A stretch of DNA of 61,248 nt, filler included, from Jimgerdemannia flammicorona (GCA_003990765.1; 2 parts of 2 records of this genome joined end to end with filler, not necessarily neighbours in it), one strand, 5' to 3'; shown: positions 1 through 14,800, counted from the whole stretch's first letter. Notes: a model not told the origin generated them from the sequence alone. A program made the numbers and translations.

Positions 1-3000
1 CCCCCCCCTACCCCTTCTTGACGAAAGACCACTTTATCAAACACCATCGCCACCCGCCCACCACTCTGCTCACAGATCCCTTCCACCAGGTGGCGATGTC
101 ACCCACCCTATGGTCCCCACCCAACCCACCACTCTGTCAGCAAATCTGCCACCAACTCCTCCTATCTCAATAACTTCTCCCTTATCCCTATCTGTTACCC
201 CTCCTTAAAAACAAAGAGCCAATGTCCAGCCAATCCCACCCACACTGCTACAACCCATCCTACAGTAAACCACCTATTGCCAACACCTCCCACAAGTCTA
301 GATTCCAGATCTTCCCAGTGACCCCTCTTCCTATCTGGTCTTCTGTCAACCCCAAGGTAGTCCCCTACAGCTATCCAAAAGTCCCCCAGAACCTCACACT
401 CCCCCAGCCAATGTTCTGGCATTTGCACCAAACCCCCAACTTGCCCAACATTATAACACTCCTCACAATCCAGCTGACCACCATCCACCAGATGCCCAGC
501 ATGGAAGTTCAACATAACATTCCTCTGCAACATTCACCACCACACTACCCAGAACTTGAGAGAAAGCCACCACCATACCTCTGTACTCCAAGACCAGATC
601 TCTGCCCAATCCCACTCTTCACCAATCCCCACCACTTGCCAACTACTCAGCCAAAGATCCTGGCCAATTCGCTGCTGACACTCTACTCCATCTCCAATGT
701 CAAACTCAGCTAGTGGAACTCCCCCTAGAAGCAGACAGTCCCATCACCACATAGCTGGACCCCATACCTCCTCCCCCTTATTTCCACGCCAGTGCAGACC
801 TATCTGGTGCACCCCATCGACCACTCCCCACTAGAAGCCCTTATACCATAGCCATTGGCTTCCATTCAAACCCACCAAAGAGAGTAGATCCCCTGTGGAC
901 CCCTGGGGGGAGACTCTCATCTCCCACACCTTCTTCATCAATGGCACCCAACCTCCACCCTGTAGATCAACAGCCCTTCTCAACCACCAAGCTTGCAGGC
1001 AGTATAGACACTTAGGGAAATCAACAAGGCCCAGGACTCCCCTAAGCTCTGGCTCGACAAGGGTATCCCAACTGATCTGGGCTCTTCTACCAGTCCAAAT
1101 TCAATCTCTAGCCAGTTTCATCAGCCTCTTCACCACCCAAGTGGGAAAGTCTAAGTGATATGTCACATACCACAGCTTGAGGAACCAGTATACATTCAGA
1201 ATTGCCACCCTCCCCACTAGGGAGATGTGACAACCCCCCCAGCCTTTTAGAGCCTCACCCCAAATGGCCACCCTCCTCTCTCACCATATCTGTGGTAGGA
1301 CTGATCCATATACAGAGAGGAAGATACCTAGGTACCACACCACCTCTCCTGTGGGGACAATTGTTCCAATAACATCCCCTCCCACTAGCCCATTCCCCAG
1401 CACCATTGTCTCACACTTATGCCAGTTGAGCTTTGCTCCAGAGTGTGCCTCATACCACTCCACTGTTTCCTGAAGAGCCTCTACATCTGCTACTGATCCA
1501 AGTCCAACCACCATATTATCTGCAAAGGCCCCCACCTTCCACTCTATGTCATATACAGAGAGCCCAGTCACCCTCTTACAGATCCTGTCCATCAAAGGTT
1601 CCAAGGAGAGTGCATAAAGGATAGGGGACAGTGGGTCCCCCTGAGGGACTCCTCTCCCCAAGGGGAACACTAAACCCCTGTGACCATTACACATCAGTAC
1701 CACTCGACTCCCTTCCAACAAACTCAACATAGAGGCCTGAAACTGTGGTGGAATGCCAATTCTGTCCAGTATCTTGCCCAACCAAACCCACTGCACATGG
1801 TCGTAGGCCTTCTCTTAATTCAAAAAAACCTGTCTCCCATCCAGTCTACAGGCCCAAGCTCCTTCAATAATGCCATGCACCCAGGCAGTTCCATCTCTGA
1901 TAAGTCTACCACCTACAAAGCCCCACTGCTCCTCCCCCAGCACCTGTTGAGCAACCTTCTGTAGTCTTGCAACAATCACCTTAGTTACCAACTTCCGATC
2001 CATATCCAGAAGCATGATTGGTCTCCAGTTCTTCCAATCCTCACGCCAGCCCTTATCTTTGTACAATAGGGCAACCAGCCCTAAGTCCTGCTCACCAACC
2101 CACATGCCATTCAGAAGAACATAGTTACAGAGTGCTGCCATCTCTCCCAGCATCCCTGGGACTTCCACCATCTTCTTCCAGAAGTCTCATGGTAACCCAT
2201 CCTCTCCTGGCGCCATCCCGAGCTTAGTCACTGCCAGGACACCTTATATCTCCTCCTCCTGGACAGGTAAGACCAAGTCACCCAGCCCCTCTACCTGTGG
2301 CGGCTCCCACTCTTCCAGTGTGTCACCAATTGCCTCTGCATCAGTACCCCTTTCTTCCTCACTCTACAGACCCCGCCAATTCTCCTTCAATACTCCCAGG
2401 ATCTGCTGTGTGCTATGCACCAACTCTCCTTCAGCATCCAAGATCCCATCCCACCTATGCCTCACCTGCCTGGCTTTGAGGAGCCTAGACAAGTACCTAG
2501 TAGGCCGCTCCCCCTCCTCAAGCCCCTGCCATCTAAGCCTGGCTGCCATACCTCACATATGAGTCTCCTCCTCCTCTCGCAACACCTGTTGCAGTTCTAT
2601 AACCTCCAATTTCGCCCTCACTAACCTCCAATCCTCCACCTCATCAGACACAAGCAAATCTGCCCACTCTAACTGCAATCTCCTCAGCCTATTTGAGGCA
2701 CACTGTATTCGCCTCCTCCTCCTCCTCCTTGCCTCCCTGCCAGCTCCACCCCAATAAACCCTCACAGCCTCCTTCAATCTCATCCAACGGACACCTATAG
2801 ATAAACCTTCCTGTCTCCAAAATGGAATCTTTGCCTGTATGTCCTCCACCCATGAGTCCGACAATCTTTTCTCAGCCAGCAGGGAGGAGTTAAGATGCCA
2901 ATGTCTGGGTCCATCTCCACTCCCCGCAAACCGTCCCTGCCCAATTAGTCCCTAGTGATCAGACCACGGGCACCACACCACCTCCAAAGTCTTCCAGACA

Positions 3001-3624
3001 TCAGCACCCCAACATTCAGCTGTCAGAATTCAGTCAATCCTTGTCCCTAAGCCATTCACCCAGTGCATGTAGACCCTGGTGTCACCCCACCATGTTCGGC
3101 CCATATTCCCGGTTTTCCACCTCCTCCCATGCATCTAGACTGCCACTCCTCCCACTGGCATTTCTTCCTCCATCAGTCCTATCCAACTGCAAATCTCGAA
3201 CTATGTTAAAATCACCACCAAGAACATCGATCCCTTTCTCCAAGAGAGTGCCCTCCTCTAGTAGCTCCTTAATCCACTCAATTCTCTCTCCCCTAGCTGC
3301 CAGCCAGTAACACAAGCCCACCCTCACTGATTCCCACCCTGGCCGGTACCATTCACTCCAGACCAATCGATCTCCCCAGTTCTTGATCCCCTCCAAATCT
3401 CCTCTACCCTTCTTTATCAGAATTGCCACCTTTCCAAACCAAGCAGTAGCCCCACCCCATTCTCTAGTCCATTCTACCCAGTCATTCTCATCCTCACACT
3501 GTACATCCTGCAGTAAAAAGAGATCAGCCTCCAATCCCTTTAGCCAAGTAAAAATGTTCTTACGCTGCCCAGATCCTTGAAGACCATTCACATTGAGAGA
3601 GAAAATGTTAGTTGTACTGTTCAT
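1..3624 (-). pseudogene. LINE ORF2 relic: APE endonuclease + reverse transcriptase + C-terminal zinc finger
   Basis: Motifs MNSTTNIFSLNVNGL, LGGDFN, NWRPIMLL, RGVPQGDPLSPILY, FADN(D), SGAKLNWHKC, YLGI and CEECx13Hx4C (195..533). Multiple stop codons. Confidence 0.92.
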
Positions 3625-3655
3625 GAGGAATATTGTTAAAGATTAAACCTCTCCT

Positions 3656-5688
3656 CTACAAATCCACACTCAAGTCCTCCTGTGCCAAATCCAAGACATG
3701 TCCTACAGCCACCTCCTTCTTCTCAGCTCCCTGTACCTCCAATCTCTCCAGAAGTTCAACCATTGCCCCATCTTCTTTCTCCTCAAAGTCCTCCCTATAC
3801 TCCCTACAGGCCTCTTGCCAGAACTGGAAACCATGGTGTTCTGCCCAACAGTAGGCTGTCCACTCACCTGCAACAACCACCAGCTCCGCCTTCCTCACCT
3901 CATCTACCTTATAACCCTCTTCCTCCAGTAATACATATCATAAGAATCTCCATCTGCAGCACCTCCACCACTCCCTCACCTTGCAGAATCTGTGCCCAGT
4001 ATTCCTCCAGCATGACCCTCAGATCTACTTCCCCCAACACTTCAGCTGCAAGGTTATCCATCACCTTACTCATCCACAGCAGATTCCCAATCTCCTTCCC
4101 TCCAGGAGTCCCTGGCTGCCCTGCATCCAGCATCATAGTATCTGCACCCACACTGGTATCCTCATTCTACTCCTCTTCTGGGACATCCACCAGCTCATCC
4201 TCACCAACAGCCACCACCTGGTCCCCTTTCACCACATCTGGGACCCCAAAGGTAATCCACTGGGCCCCCTTCATCAGTACATCTTCTGCTGCCCCTCTCC
4301 ACCCCACTGGGCCCCTCCTGATAAGTGGGGGGGGGGTACTATCCGACTCTTCCTCCCAGACCTCGAAAGTACCATCTGCATAGGGATCCCTGCCCAGTAC
4401 CTTCACAGCCCATTCTTCAGTCACCACCACCTCCTTTCTGCCTTCGCTAGCCCATACACTGGCTTTGACACCTCCAGACCCTACAGCCCCATCAACCTTC
4501 CTCTTCTCCCCTCCTGTCATACTTGCCAAGAGCTCCCTCTGCCTCAAAGCGCCCCTGGGCCCACTCCCACTGCCTCTTGTCAGTGCGGATATGCTTCCCC
4601 TCGATAATCTCCAAGTGTGTCAACTCCTCAAAGAGCTTCCAGGCCTTAGCCTGCCATTCCACCGCACCACTCATCTCCTCCAATGCCTCCACCAAATCCT
4701 CCTCCTCCTCCTCACTCCCCTTCACCCTCGACACCTTACAAATAAAGGCCCCCCACATCAACACTGAGGGCCAGTCACCAGCCTTCCCTGTGGCCTCCCT
4801 CCTGGCCAGCCGAATCCTGACATCAACATCACCAGTCCTAATCATCATCCCCTCCCACACCTGGAAGCCAATATCCACCACATCCCCATACTCCACCATC
4901 ACCTCCTCTACCCTCCTCCTCATCTCCTCCTTCATCACTGAGGGCACCCTCTTCACCAGTAGCTGCACCATCCTGGGGTCCTACCTCAAACAGCGTACCA
5001 TGGGGACCACCACCTCTCCAACTGCCACTCCCACCCTCAGTGCCTCTTCCAGTGGGCCTGCCTCCTCAAAGCCTACCTCAACTCCCTCCAGACCCTTCAG
5101 GAATTTCACCAAAGCTGCCCCAATCACCTGCTTTGAGATAAGCCCCAAGACCATTCTTGCCATCACCCCTAAGCCTCAGAAGCACAGAGTCACTGCAAAC
5201 TCTGAGATCGACTTCTTGAGTAACAGTGCCACCGCTAGCCCCATTATACCATTGGCCAGGTCCCCCTTCTGCATTGGGAACCCCTGCCCCACCCTGCCAT
5301 CAGCTGTCACATCTCTTTTTTTTTCCTGATCCCCCATCACACTCCCATCAACAGTCACACTCCCAGCCACAGCACCACCAGCCCCTACACTCACCACTCC
5401 TCCCTGAGGGCCACTCTCCCTCCTGACACTAGCCTTGCCCTTCCCCTCAGCAGTGCCAACCCTTGTTCCAGTAGGCCATCCACCTGTCTTCACCTTGTTG
5501 GCAAAGCTGGAGGGACCAGACCTTCCTCCAGATCCCCCAGACACCAGTCCACCTCCAGCGCTTTCTCCCATCTTCGACCCACCAAAGGCCCCCATCCCCA
5601 GTCCATACCCCCTCCCCACCTTCTGCCAGCCAAAAGTCCCAGCTCCCCCCGACCCAGTATGCTTGTCAGAACTCTTGCTTGATGATAT
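3656..5688 (-). pseudogene. LINE ORF1 relic (RRM-like central part, acidic C-terminus)
   Basis: Fragments 5176..5619, 4492..4971 (VQLLVKRVP...YGDVVDIGFQVWEG...GDVDVRIRL), 3909..4151 and 3656..3898 align to ORF1 of the copy at 9819-11842. The start codon appears mutated to ATA. Confidence 0.8.
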
Positions 5689-5771
5689 CTTGATAGTACC
5701 TTTTCTCCTAGTTGTGTCGAAACTGTTGCTTGAAGTTTTTGTATAATGTGAATTGTACAGAAGAAAGGTGA

Positions 5772-6250
5772 CAAACTCTGGCCCACTCCATCAATTTATT
5801 ATAACTGCTGCTCAGCATCCCCATACTAAGCCCATCAATTGCTCTGCCTCTACTATACCAAATCCTACCCTCTTTAGCACAGCCTCCAAATAACTCCACC
5901 TCACTCTGTCATAAGCCTTCTCTTGATCCAGAAAGACCATCTAGCCATCTACCTACTGGCTCCTACATCCTTCCAAGATATTCTGTACCTAAGCAGTACT
6001 ATCTCTGATCTGTCTCTCCTTAATGAAGCCTTACCACTCTTCACCAACTATTGCACCAATATACTGCTGCATCCTCTCTGCCAGAATCTTTGAGACCAGC
6101 TTTCTATCTACATTCAGCAGTATAATAGGTCACCAATTATGCCATACTTGTCAATTCCCCTTTTCTTTATATAGAAGGGAAACTAATTCCAAGAAACTAT
6201 TACCGATCTAGCTGTCCTCCTTCAGGGTAAAGTTAGCCATCTGAAGAGCT
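5772..6250 (-). mobile_element. RT fragment of an older, second LINE family; interrupted by LINE copy 1
   Basis: Minus strand translates as MVFLDQEKAYDRVRWSYLEAVLKRVGFG. 6060-6245 is homologous in reverse orientation to 9485-9670. Confidence 0.82.
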
Positions 6251-9200
6251 TTGCAGCTATTGCAGGAGCTGGCATGGCTGCTGGAGAGGCTAGTGGTCTG
6301 GGGAGTTCTGGTGGAATCAAGGCCTGGGATACTGTGGTGGGAGTATGGTGTTGACAGGGGGAGGGGTCAGGTGATAGATCAGGTAATGGGTCAGATGTCC
6401 AGCAGGGGGCAGGGGTCTGGTGGTGTGATATTGGGGACTGGTTCTTCTAAGGCTAGGCCAGTGGCTGGAGAGAGAACTGCTGGTGGCACAGTTGTAGCTG
6501 GTGAGGTGACTGCTGGTATTTCTGGGATTAAGAGGAAGGTGACTCTGGTAGCTAGAACAGGTGAGCTAGTAGTGAGACCCTTCTTTCACAAGTTAGTGTC
6601 AACATAGACAGTTTCAGCAAACTTTCTGAGATTGGCAATATCAGCTAGAGAGGTTCTGAGACTTGTGGGGGAGGAAGTAGCTGGGGCAGAATCCTTGAAG
6701 TTTATCCCTTCAGTAGAGGCAGTGGAAATTGGATTTGTGGAGGAGGATGCAATGATGAAGATGCTAGAGAAAGAGCTGAATGTCAAGGGTATCTAAATTG
6801 AAATAGTGAGGTATCTGAGGTGGGACCTGTGTGCTGTTCAGCTGATGGTGGAGGGTCTGTCAGCTCTGGGCAGACAGGAGACCAAGGAGATAGTGGGTAG
6901 CTATAGTGAGATGGTGGATTTTGGGTTCATGTTCTGGGAGGGCACCAAATTGAGAAATGGCAATTGTGAGGTAATGCTGCAACTGGAAGGCAAGGAGGCA
7001 ACTGGGCTGGGACAAGATTGGTCTGAGGAGATTTGAATTAGAGAACAAGAGTATAAGGTATGGAGGAGGAAAGGAGTAGAACAGGAGAAGGAAGAGTTGG
7101 CAATTGTTCTGGAGGAGAGAAAGGCTGCAAAAAAGTTGCATAAGAGGAATTGGGAAGAGTTTGCCAAGGATTGAGTCTGGATTCAGGCAGATGGCAAGTG
7201 GAAGAGGTGGAGAAAAGGAAATTGAGAGCATCTGCAGGCAGCCCTTCAGAGGGCAGCAGTGGAAGAAGAGGTGAGAGTAGAGATGGCAAATAATCAGATA
7301 GAAGGAGTAGAGGCAGTGGAGGTATCCTTCTTCAAGCTGGATGGTGTAGATGCTGGTGAGAGGAAAGTGGGCAGATAAAGAGAAAGTGGGAGAGGTAGGC
7401 TTTGAGGATGATCTCAAAGTAGTATCAGAGACTTAGGTGGAGGACACCCATCTGGCTGGGGTGGTGAATGTCTATTGGGAGTACCCTGAGACTGGTGAGG
7501 TAGTACATTTGGAGAAGGTTGCAGAGGAGGATGAGCTCATGGATGTGGCTTCAGATATGTTAGCAGATAGAGAGCAATTGCAAGAGTTGAGCAGGACCTC
7601 AAGGCCACTGACTCCTGGGCTGCTGGCAATAATAACAGAGAACTAGTATCAGGTGATACTTGAGGAACTTGCAGAGGAGGACATCAAGGAAGTAGATGTG
7701 TTTAATAGATCTCAGGAGGCATGAGAAGGATTTCTCAATATTGTGATGCAGGGGTCTAAGCTGGTAATGGTGATGGTAGCAGCTCTTCTGGATGATGAAG
7801 GATATGATATTGATGAGAGCAGGATGGTGGATATCAGAAAGGTGACAGCAGAAAGAGTGGACCTTTTCTGCAGCAATGTAAATAGTGAAGGGCAATTTGT
7901 AAGGACTAGTAAGAGATTATTAAAGGATGGGCCAAGAAAGTGGTGGCAGTCCCAGCTGAGCTTTAAATAATTTCTTTGATGATGATGAACAGTTTATACA
8001 TCTTATCAATCAATATCAATGGAGTGTGTGATGGTATTAAGAGACAGAGGCTGTTCTGATAACTTAAAGTCAGAAGATATGATATTGTTTTTCTTCAGAA
8101 TATTCAGGCTTATAGAGAGCAAGACTATGAGGTATGGAGTAAAGAATAGTATGGTGGAATGGGGTGGACTAAGCAGGTGGGCATCTTGGTTGGTGTAGGC
8201 AAAGGTGAGCTGGTGGAGGTAGAGATCTATAGTGATATATTGGTATAGGGAAAGCTAAAAGGAGGGGCAGGTGATAGTTTGGCAGTAGGCTTGGTTTACC
8301 TCCCTACAGTTGGCAGAGAGCAAAAGCAATGGGTTGAGGACTGGTGGGCTTAGGAGGGTTGGGAGGTGGTTGTGCTGGACATTCTGGGGGGAGACTTCAA
8401 TATGGTGTATGATTGGATACTGAATAGGTCAGATGGTGGGGCAGGTGTAGTAGTATCCTCTGGACTATCTCAATGGCTTCAGGTGGAGCATAACATGGGA
8501 CTGGTGAATAGCATTCATCAGTGCTAGGAGAATGAGTCAGGACTGTTCACCTGGTGTTACCCAGTTGGTGACAGATTGTTCAGGAAACAAATTGATTGGG
8601 TGCTGATAGCTGAGTGTTGGGGTAATATAACTGGATATTGCAGGGGTACATTGGTGCCCTTGGTCAGATTATTCAGGAGTGGACATGTGTGGTAGATTCT
8701 AAGCAGCAGGCTGTGGTGGAGGGTGCTGGTGTCTCAATATAGCCTTACTCAGGAGAAAGGAGAGAGAACAGTTTGTGGGCATTATGAGACAGAAAGTAGC
8801 ACATTGGCAGAATAATGGGTAGCTGATAGCAGAATGGTGGGGTAAATTCAAACATTTGGCCAGTGCTTACTGGTGGGACATTGGAGAAGTGGCTGGAAAG
8901 GAGCAAAAGGACAAGGAAAGGAGGGTAGAGAAGAGGCTGTGATGGCAATTGAAGCTAATAGAAGGGGGGAACTTGTCTGGAGAGATATGCCACCAGTTGG
9001 CAGTAGAGGTAGCAGAGTTGCAGACAGATTTGAGGGTGGTTGAGAACAGGGCAGTAGATGGCCTGCTAGTCAGACTATAGGCTAGGCAGTTGGAGGAATG
9101 AGAGAGGCCAACTAAATATCTGTCTGGCATTTTAAAGGCCAGAAGGGTTTAACACAGCTGGGCCTCAGTATTGCATGAAGATAGAGTGGTCTCCAAGATT

Positions 9201-9736
9201 ACCAATATGTTCGGAGTAGTCTCAGGACAATGGCAGGCTCTCTGATAGGATAGAGGGGAGCATGCTGAGGATGTGATACTTTAGGAGAATGATGACAATA
9301 TGGTGAACAATTGGCTAGTGATAGTAGTATCTGAGATAGGGGGGGTGGTGATGGATGCAGTGTCCTTGGATGAAGTTTTAGAGGTATTAAGAAAGACATA
9401 GACTGGTTCATCACCTGGGGAGAATGGGCTGCTCTGGAAATTCTGGAAGGAGTTCCAGATAGAGTTTGGCAGCTAGTTGGTAGAGTTGGCCAACTTTGCT
9501 CTGAAGGAGGGTAGCTGGATTAGCAATGGCTCCTTGGGATCAGTCTCTCTACTATATAAGGAAAAAGGTGATCAGTAGGTATGGTGGAATTGGTGACTTA
9601 TTATACTGCTGAATGTGGATAGAAAGCTGGTCTCAAAGATTCTAGCTCAGAGGATGTAGCAGTATATTGACATGTTGGCAGGTAAAAAGCAGTGAGGTTT
9701 TGTTAAAGGAAGGCAGATCAGAGATAGTATGGCTTG
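6251..9736 (+). mobile_element. Older L1/Tx1-like LINE (copy 2), heavily mutated, truncated inside RT
   Basis: ORF1 relic (YSEMVDFGFMFWEGTKLRNGNCEV). ORF2 starts ~7984 (MNSLYILSININGV), LGGDFN ~8384, and RT GFVKGRQIRDS is cut at 9736. Confidence 0.85.
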
Positions 9737-9818
9737 CACCTCTTTCCAGTACCATTTGGATTACACAACCTTTGGGAGACACTTTCAACATCATTTTCGG
9801 AGAAAAGAGACTAACAAT

Positions 9819-11842
9819 ATGGCAACTGACAGGCAATCTGAGGTGCATACTGGGCAGGGTGGCCCAAGCGCTTTCGACTGGCAGCAGGTGGGGAGGGGTC
9901 CAGGCCTGGGGGGAGGTATGAGGGGCCTGCTGGCGGGTGGACGTAGAAGGGGTGGAGGTGGGGGTGGAGGATCAGGATCTGGGAGGGCAAGCTTCGCAGA
10001 GATAGTGAAGGGAAGACAGCAGGTGTCAGGGCTAGAGAGCTGGCTGAGGAAGGGCAAGGAGACCGAGAAGGCGACAGTGCCGGGGGGAGCGACCCTTGGA
10101 AGGGGGGGTGGTGGAGCTGGGGGAGTAGTGGCTGGGGGGGTTGTGACTGCTGATGGTAGTGGGACTGTTGATCTGGAAAAAAAATCCAGATGTGATGGCT
10201 GATGGCATGGCTGAGTGGCTGCATCTTAGGAGACAAGGGGACTTGGCGGATGGTGTGATGGGTCTGGTGGTGGCCCCGTTACTCAAGAAATCGATTTCAG
10301 CATTCGCAGTCACACTGTGCTTCTGGGACCTGGTGGTGATGGTGAAAATGATGCTGGGGCTCATTGCTAAGCAGGTGGCAGGAGTAGCATCTGTGAAGTT
10401 TTTGAAGAGACTGGAAGGAGTGGAGGTGGGTTTTGAGGAGGCAGCTCCACTAGAGGAGGCACTGAAGGTTGGATTGGTAGTTGGGGAGGTGTGTGTTCCA
10501 ATGGTGTAGTGCCTAAAGTGGGACCCCAGGGTGGTCCAACTGCTAGTGAAAGGAGTGCCGATGGTGATGGCAATAGAGACAAGGAAGAGAGTTGAGGATT
10601 TCATGGCGGAATATGGGGAGGTGGTGGATATTGGGTTCAGGGTCTGGGAAGGGACCTCGCTCAGGACTGGTGACGTGGATGTGAGGATTCGGCTGGCTGG
10701 GAGAGAAGCCACTGGGAAGGCAAGGGATTGGCCTTCGGCGATGGTCTGGGGAGCAATCCTGTGTAAGGTGACAAGGGTAAGAGAAGTGAGGAGGAGGAGG
10801 AGGATTTATTGGAAGCACTAGAAGAGCTGAGTGGTGCTGTGGAGAGGTGTGTGAAGGCTTGAGAGGCTTTTGTTGAGGCGACATACTTGGAGGTAGTGGA
10901 TGGAAAGCGGATTCGAGTGACTAAGGAGCAGTGGGAAAGGGCTCAGGGGCATAAGAGACAGAAGGGTTGCTGGCCAAGCTGGATAGCGGACCACTGGGGG
11001 AGGCAAGCAAGGTGATGGGCACAGGGAGAGCTAGAGCAAGTGTCTGGGCTGGCGAGGGGGAGGGGAAGGACAAGAAGGAGGCGGGGGAGGACAAGAAGAA
11101 GGCTGGGAAGGACCCATATGCAGATGGTACACTGGAGGTGTGGGAGGAGGACTGGGTGGGCTCCCCTACCCCTACCCCTCTCATCAGACATGGCCCAGCT
11201 TCCCGGAATAGGGTGGTGGAAGATGTGCCAATGCGAGGAGCCCAGAGGGTGCAATTCGGATTTCCAGAGCTGGCACATGGGGGATAGGTGGTGGTGGCTG
11301 GCGAGGAGGAACTGGTGGATATCCTGGAAGTATGGGATGAGTCTGCAAGCACTGGGACTGACACCACAATGTTGGATGGAGGGAGGCCGGTGACTCCGGG
11401 GGGGAAAGAGGTGGGGAATTTGCTTTGGATGTGCCAGATGATGAATAACCTGGCAGCAGAAGAATTGGGGGAAGTGGACTTGCAAGTGATGAGTAATGAG
11501 CATTGGGCAGGGATACTACAGGGGGATGGCATAATGAAGGCATTGAAGGCAGAAATCCTCGCGGTATACCTGGAGGAGGAAGCATATGAGATGGATAAGG
11601 AGAGGGAGGAGGAGATGGCGGTCGTTGCTGGAGAAAGAGCTGAATATTGCTGGAACAAGCATCATGGACTACAGCTCTGGCAGGAGGCATGCATCAAATA
11701 CTGAGAGGAGTTCGAGGAGAAGGCCGACAGAGAGATGAATGAACTGCTGGCTGGATTGGAGGCTCAGAGGGCAGAAGAGGAGGAGGTGGCTGCGGAACAT
11801 ATTTTGGACAGGGCGCAGGAGGAGATGAGCATGGAGCAGTAG
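9819..11842 (+). pseudogene. LINE ORF1 (nucleic-acid-binding protein), frameshifted and with stops
   Basis: ATG at 9819 (MATDRQSE), Gly-rich N-terminus, RRM-like VQLLVKGVP...YGEVVDIGFRVWEG, TAG at 11840-11842. No CCHC knuckle recognised. Confidence 0.8.
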
Positions 11843-11875
11843 AGGCTGATTGATGACATCACATATATCATCAAT

Positions 11876-14800
11876 ATGAACAGTACAACCAACATTTTCT
11901 CTTTGAACATGAATGGGTTACAGGGCGCTTCTCAAAGTAGGAACATTTTTACTTGGATGAAGGGATTGGAGGCCGATCTCTTCCTATTGCAGGATGTCTG
12001 GTGCGAAGATGACTCTGATAGGTTAGAATGGATGACAGAATGGGGAGGTGTAGCGATTTGGAAGGGCAAGGTTGGGATTTTGGTTAGGAAAGGCAGAGGG
12101 GAGATACAGAATGTGCAGTGCTGGGGAGAGAGACTGGTCTGGGGAGAGTGGATTCAAGCAGGCTGGGGGCCAGTTATGGTTGGCTCCTGCTACTGCCCTG
12201 CAGTATGGGGTGAGAGAGTAGAGTGGGTGAAAGGCTTACAGGAGAGTGGATTACTTGTGGAGACTGGGGTGGATGTGCTTGGGGGAGATTTCAATATGGT
12301 TAGGGATACACTGCTGGATAGAACAGATGGAGGACAAGGTGCTGAGAGCAGGAGTGGTGGACTGGTAGTATGGGAGGAGGTAGAAAGACTAAGTGTGCTA
12401 TTGGATGCTAGAAGGGAGTGCTGGGGGAGTAGGAGGGTCTATACACACTGGGCAGGGGGTCTGGGGACTAGAATCAACTGGATTTTGATGGCCTGCTGCT
12501 GGGGACTAGATGTTTGGAAGTCATTGGAGGTAGAATGGTGTCCATGGTCAGATCACTGGGGGCTTTTGGGACAGGGGTGCTTTGGGGGAAGTGGGGATGG
12601 GCCTGGACATTGGCATCTCAATTCCTCTTTGTTAGATGACAAGACCCAGTGGGATGAGTGGGCTACAGACATTCAACTGAGGGTGGAGAATTGGAGGCAG
12701 GAAGGGGCCTCAGTTGGGACTCGATGGATGAGGTTGAAGGAAATGGCCAGGATTTACTGGAAGAAGGCCGGCAAGGAGGCAGGGAAGCAGCAAAAACAAA
12801 GAGTGCGTTGGGCCTCCACCAGATTGACAAGACTCCTGGAGGAGTGGGCAAGGCTGACGATGTTGGAGGGAGAAGAAGATTGGAGATTATTGAGGGCGAA
12901 ATTAGAGGTTGGGGAACTTCAACAGATGCTGCAGAAGGAGGAAGAGGCAAGGGTACAGAGCTTGGCAGCATATCTTCGCTGGCAGGATCTGGAGGAAGGA
13001 GAGAGGCCTTCCAAGCTTTTTACAAGGGCCCTTAGGGCAAGGCAGGTCCAGCAACAGTGGGAAGGAGTATTGGACTCTGATGGTGTACTGGTGCATGGTG
13101 TACAGGACATCCTTGGATCACTGAAGGAGAGATGGAGTGGATTGTGGAGTGAGGAGGAGGGTGGGGCAGATGCCACTACAATTGAACGGACATTGGAGGA
13201 TTGGCACCCACCACAAGTTGAAGGGCTAGAGGACCTGGTGATGCCTGTACAGGAGGATGAGATCTACCAGGTTCTTGCCATGACAATGCCTGGTATAGCA
13301 CCTGGGGAGGATGGTCTGCCCTTGGACTTTTGGAAGCAAATGGTTGGAGTCCTGGGGGTGATGGGAGAGATGACAGCACTGTGTGACCTTATTCTACAGA
13401 CAGGGAGGTGGGTGGGGGAGCAGGACCTTGGGCTGGTGATGCTGCTTTACAAAAACAAAGGAAGGTGGGAGGATTGGAAGAACTGGCGGCCAATAATGCT
13501 GCTAGATATGGACAGAAAGTTGGTAACTAAGGTGGTGGTGGCATGACTACAGAAGGTGGCCCAGCAAGTCGTGGGTGTTGAGCAGAGGGGTTTTGTGGGT
13601 GGTCAGCTCATCAGGGATGGCACTGCCTGGATGCATGGCATTATCGAAGGGGCAAGGGCCTGTGGACTGGATGGGCATCTAGTCTTCTTGGACCAGGAGA
13701 AGGCATATGACTGGGTGCATAGAGTCTGGCTAGAGAAAGTTTTGGATAGAATGGGGGTACCATGTCAATTCCGGTCAACAATGGTCAGCCTACTGGAAGG
13801 GAGTAGGGCTGCACTCACATGTAATGGACATAGAGGGGTAGCATTCCCCTTGGGTAGGGGGGTGCCCCAGGGGGATCCATTGTCCCCCATTTTGTATGTT
13901 CTTTCCCTGGAACCACTTATGGACCAAATTAGGCAGAGGATAGTGGGGCTCTCTGTCTTTGGCATTGGATGGAAGGTTGGGGCTTTTGCTGATGATATGG
14001 TGGTAGGTTTGGGTTTGATTGCTGATGTGGAGGAGCTCAAGAGGACTGTGGAGTGGTTTGAGGAACATTCTGGAGCTAAGCTGAACTGGCATAAGTGTGA
14101 GACAATGGTGCTCAGTAATGGCCTGGTGGGAGGGGAAGTTATAGGAACAATTGTCCCCACCAGGGAAGCAGTGTGGTACTTAGGTATCTACTTGTCAGTC
14201 TATGGGTCTGTTCTGCCCAAGCTTTGGTGGGAGCAGAGGATTGGAATCTGGGAGGAGGCTCTGCAGAGTTGGGGGGGAAGACATTTTTCTCTGGCAGGGC
14301 GGGTCTCGATTTTGAATGTCTACTGGCTACCAAAGTTGTGGTACCTGGCATATCATTTGGACTTCCCAGCCTGGGTAGTGAAGAGATTGGTGAAGTCAGC
14401 GAAGGGATGGATTTGGGCTGGCAAGCAGAGTCAAATTAGTTGGGAGACCTTGTCCCTACCAGTGGCAAGAGGCGGACTTGGGCTGGTTGACTTCCCAAAA
14501 CAGTTACACTGCTTGAGAGCATGGTGGCTGAAGAGGGTGGTGGAGTTGAGAGGAGGTGGATGGGTTCCTCTGTTACAGAAGATATGGGGGAGGCGGACAT
14601 CGCCAAGGGGCTCAACTGGCAATCTCCTCTCCCTGGTTGGACTTCAGGATACCACCCAACTACAATATAAAGGATTTTGGTGGGGGATTGCAGATGGAGT
14701 ACACTGCATTGGTATTTGTTGGCAGGGGAATGAAGGCAAGGAAGATTGGGACCCGGCAATGTGGAGATGGAACCGTATACTGCTGGGTGGCACTCCTTTA

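Larger units (their letters stand above)
1..5771 (-). mobile_element. L1/Tx1-like non-LTR retrotransposon (LINE copy 1), degenerate; 3' end runs off the window
   Basis: Collinear with the + strand LINE at 9737-15628 along its whole length. The 5' ends match (cacctttcttctgtacaatt vs cacctctttccagtaccatt). APE, RT and C-terminal CCHC remnants are present on the minus strand. Confidence 0.93.

Noticed and set aside
222..5746. Many Pro/Ser-rich + strand ORFs, and their minus-strand equivalents at 9791-15489
   Set aside because: Shadow frames of G-rich LINE coding sequence; no motifs of their own.
5772..6250. Twin-priming 5' inversion of LINE copy 2
   Set aside because: The fragment overlaps sequence already present in copy 2 (9485-9736) and is clearly diverged from it, so it is a separate copy.
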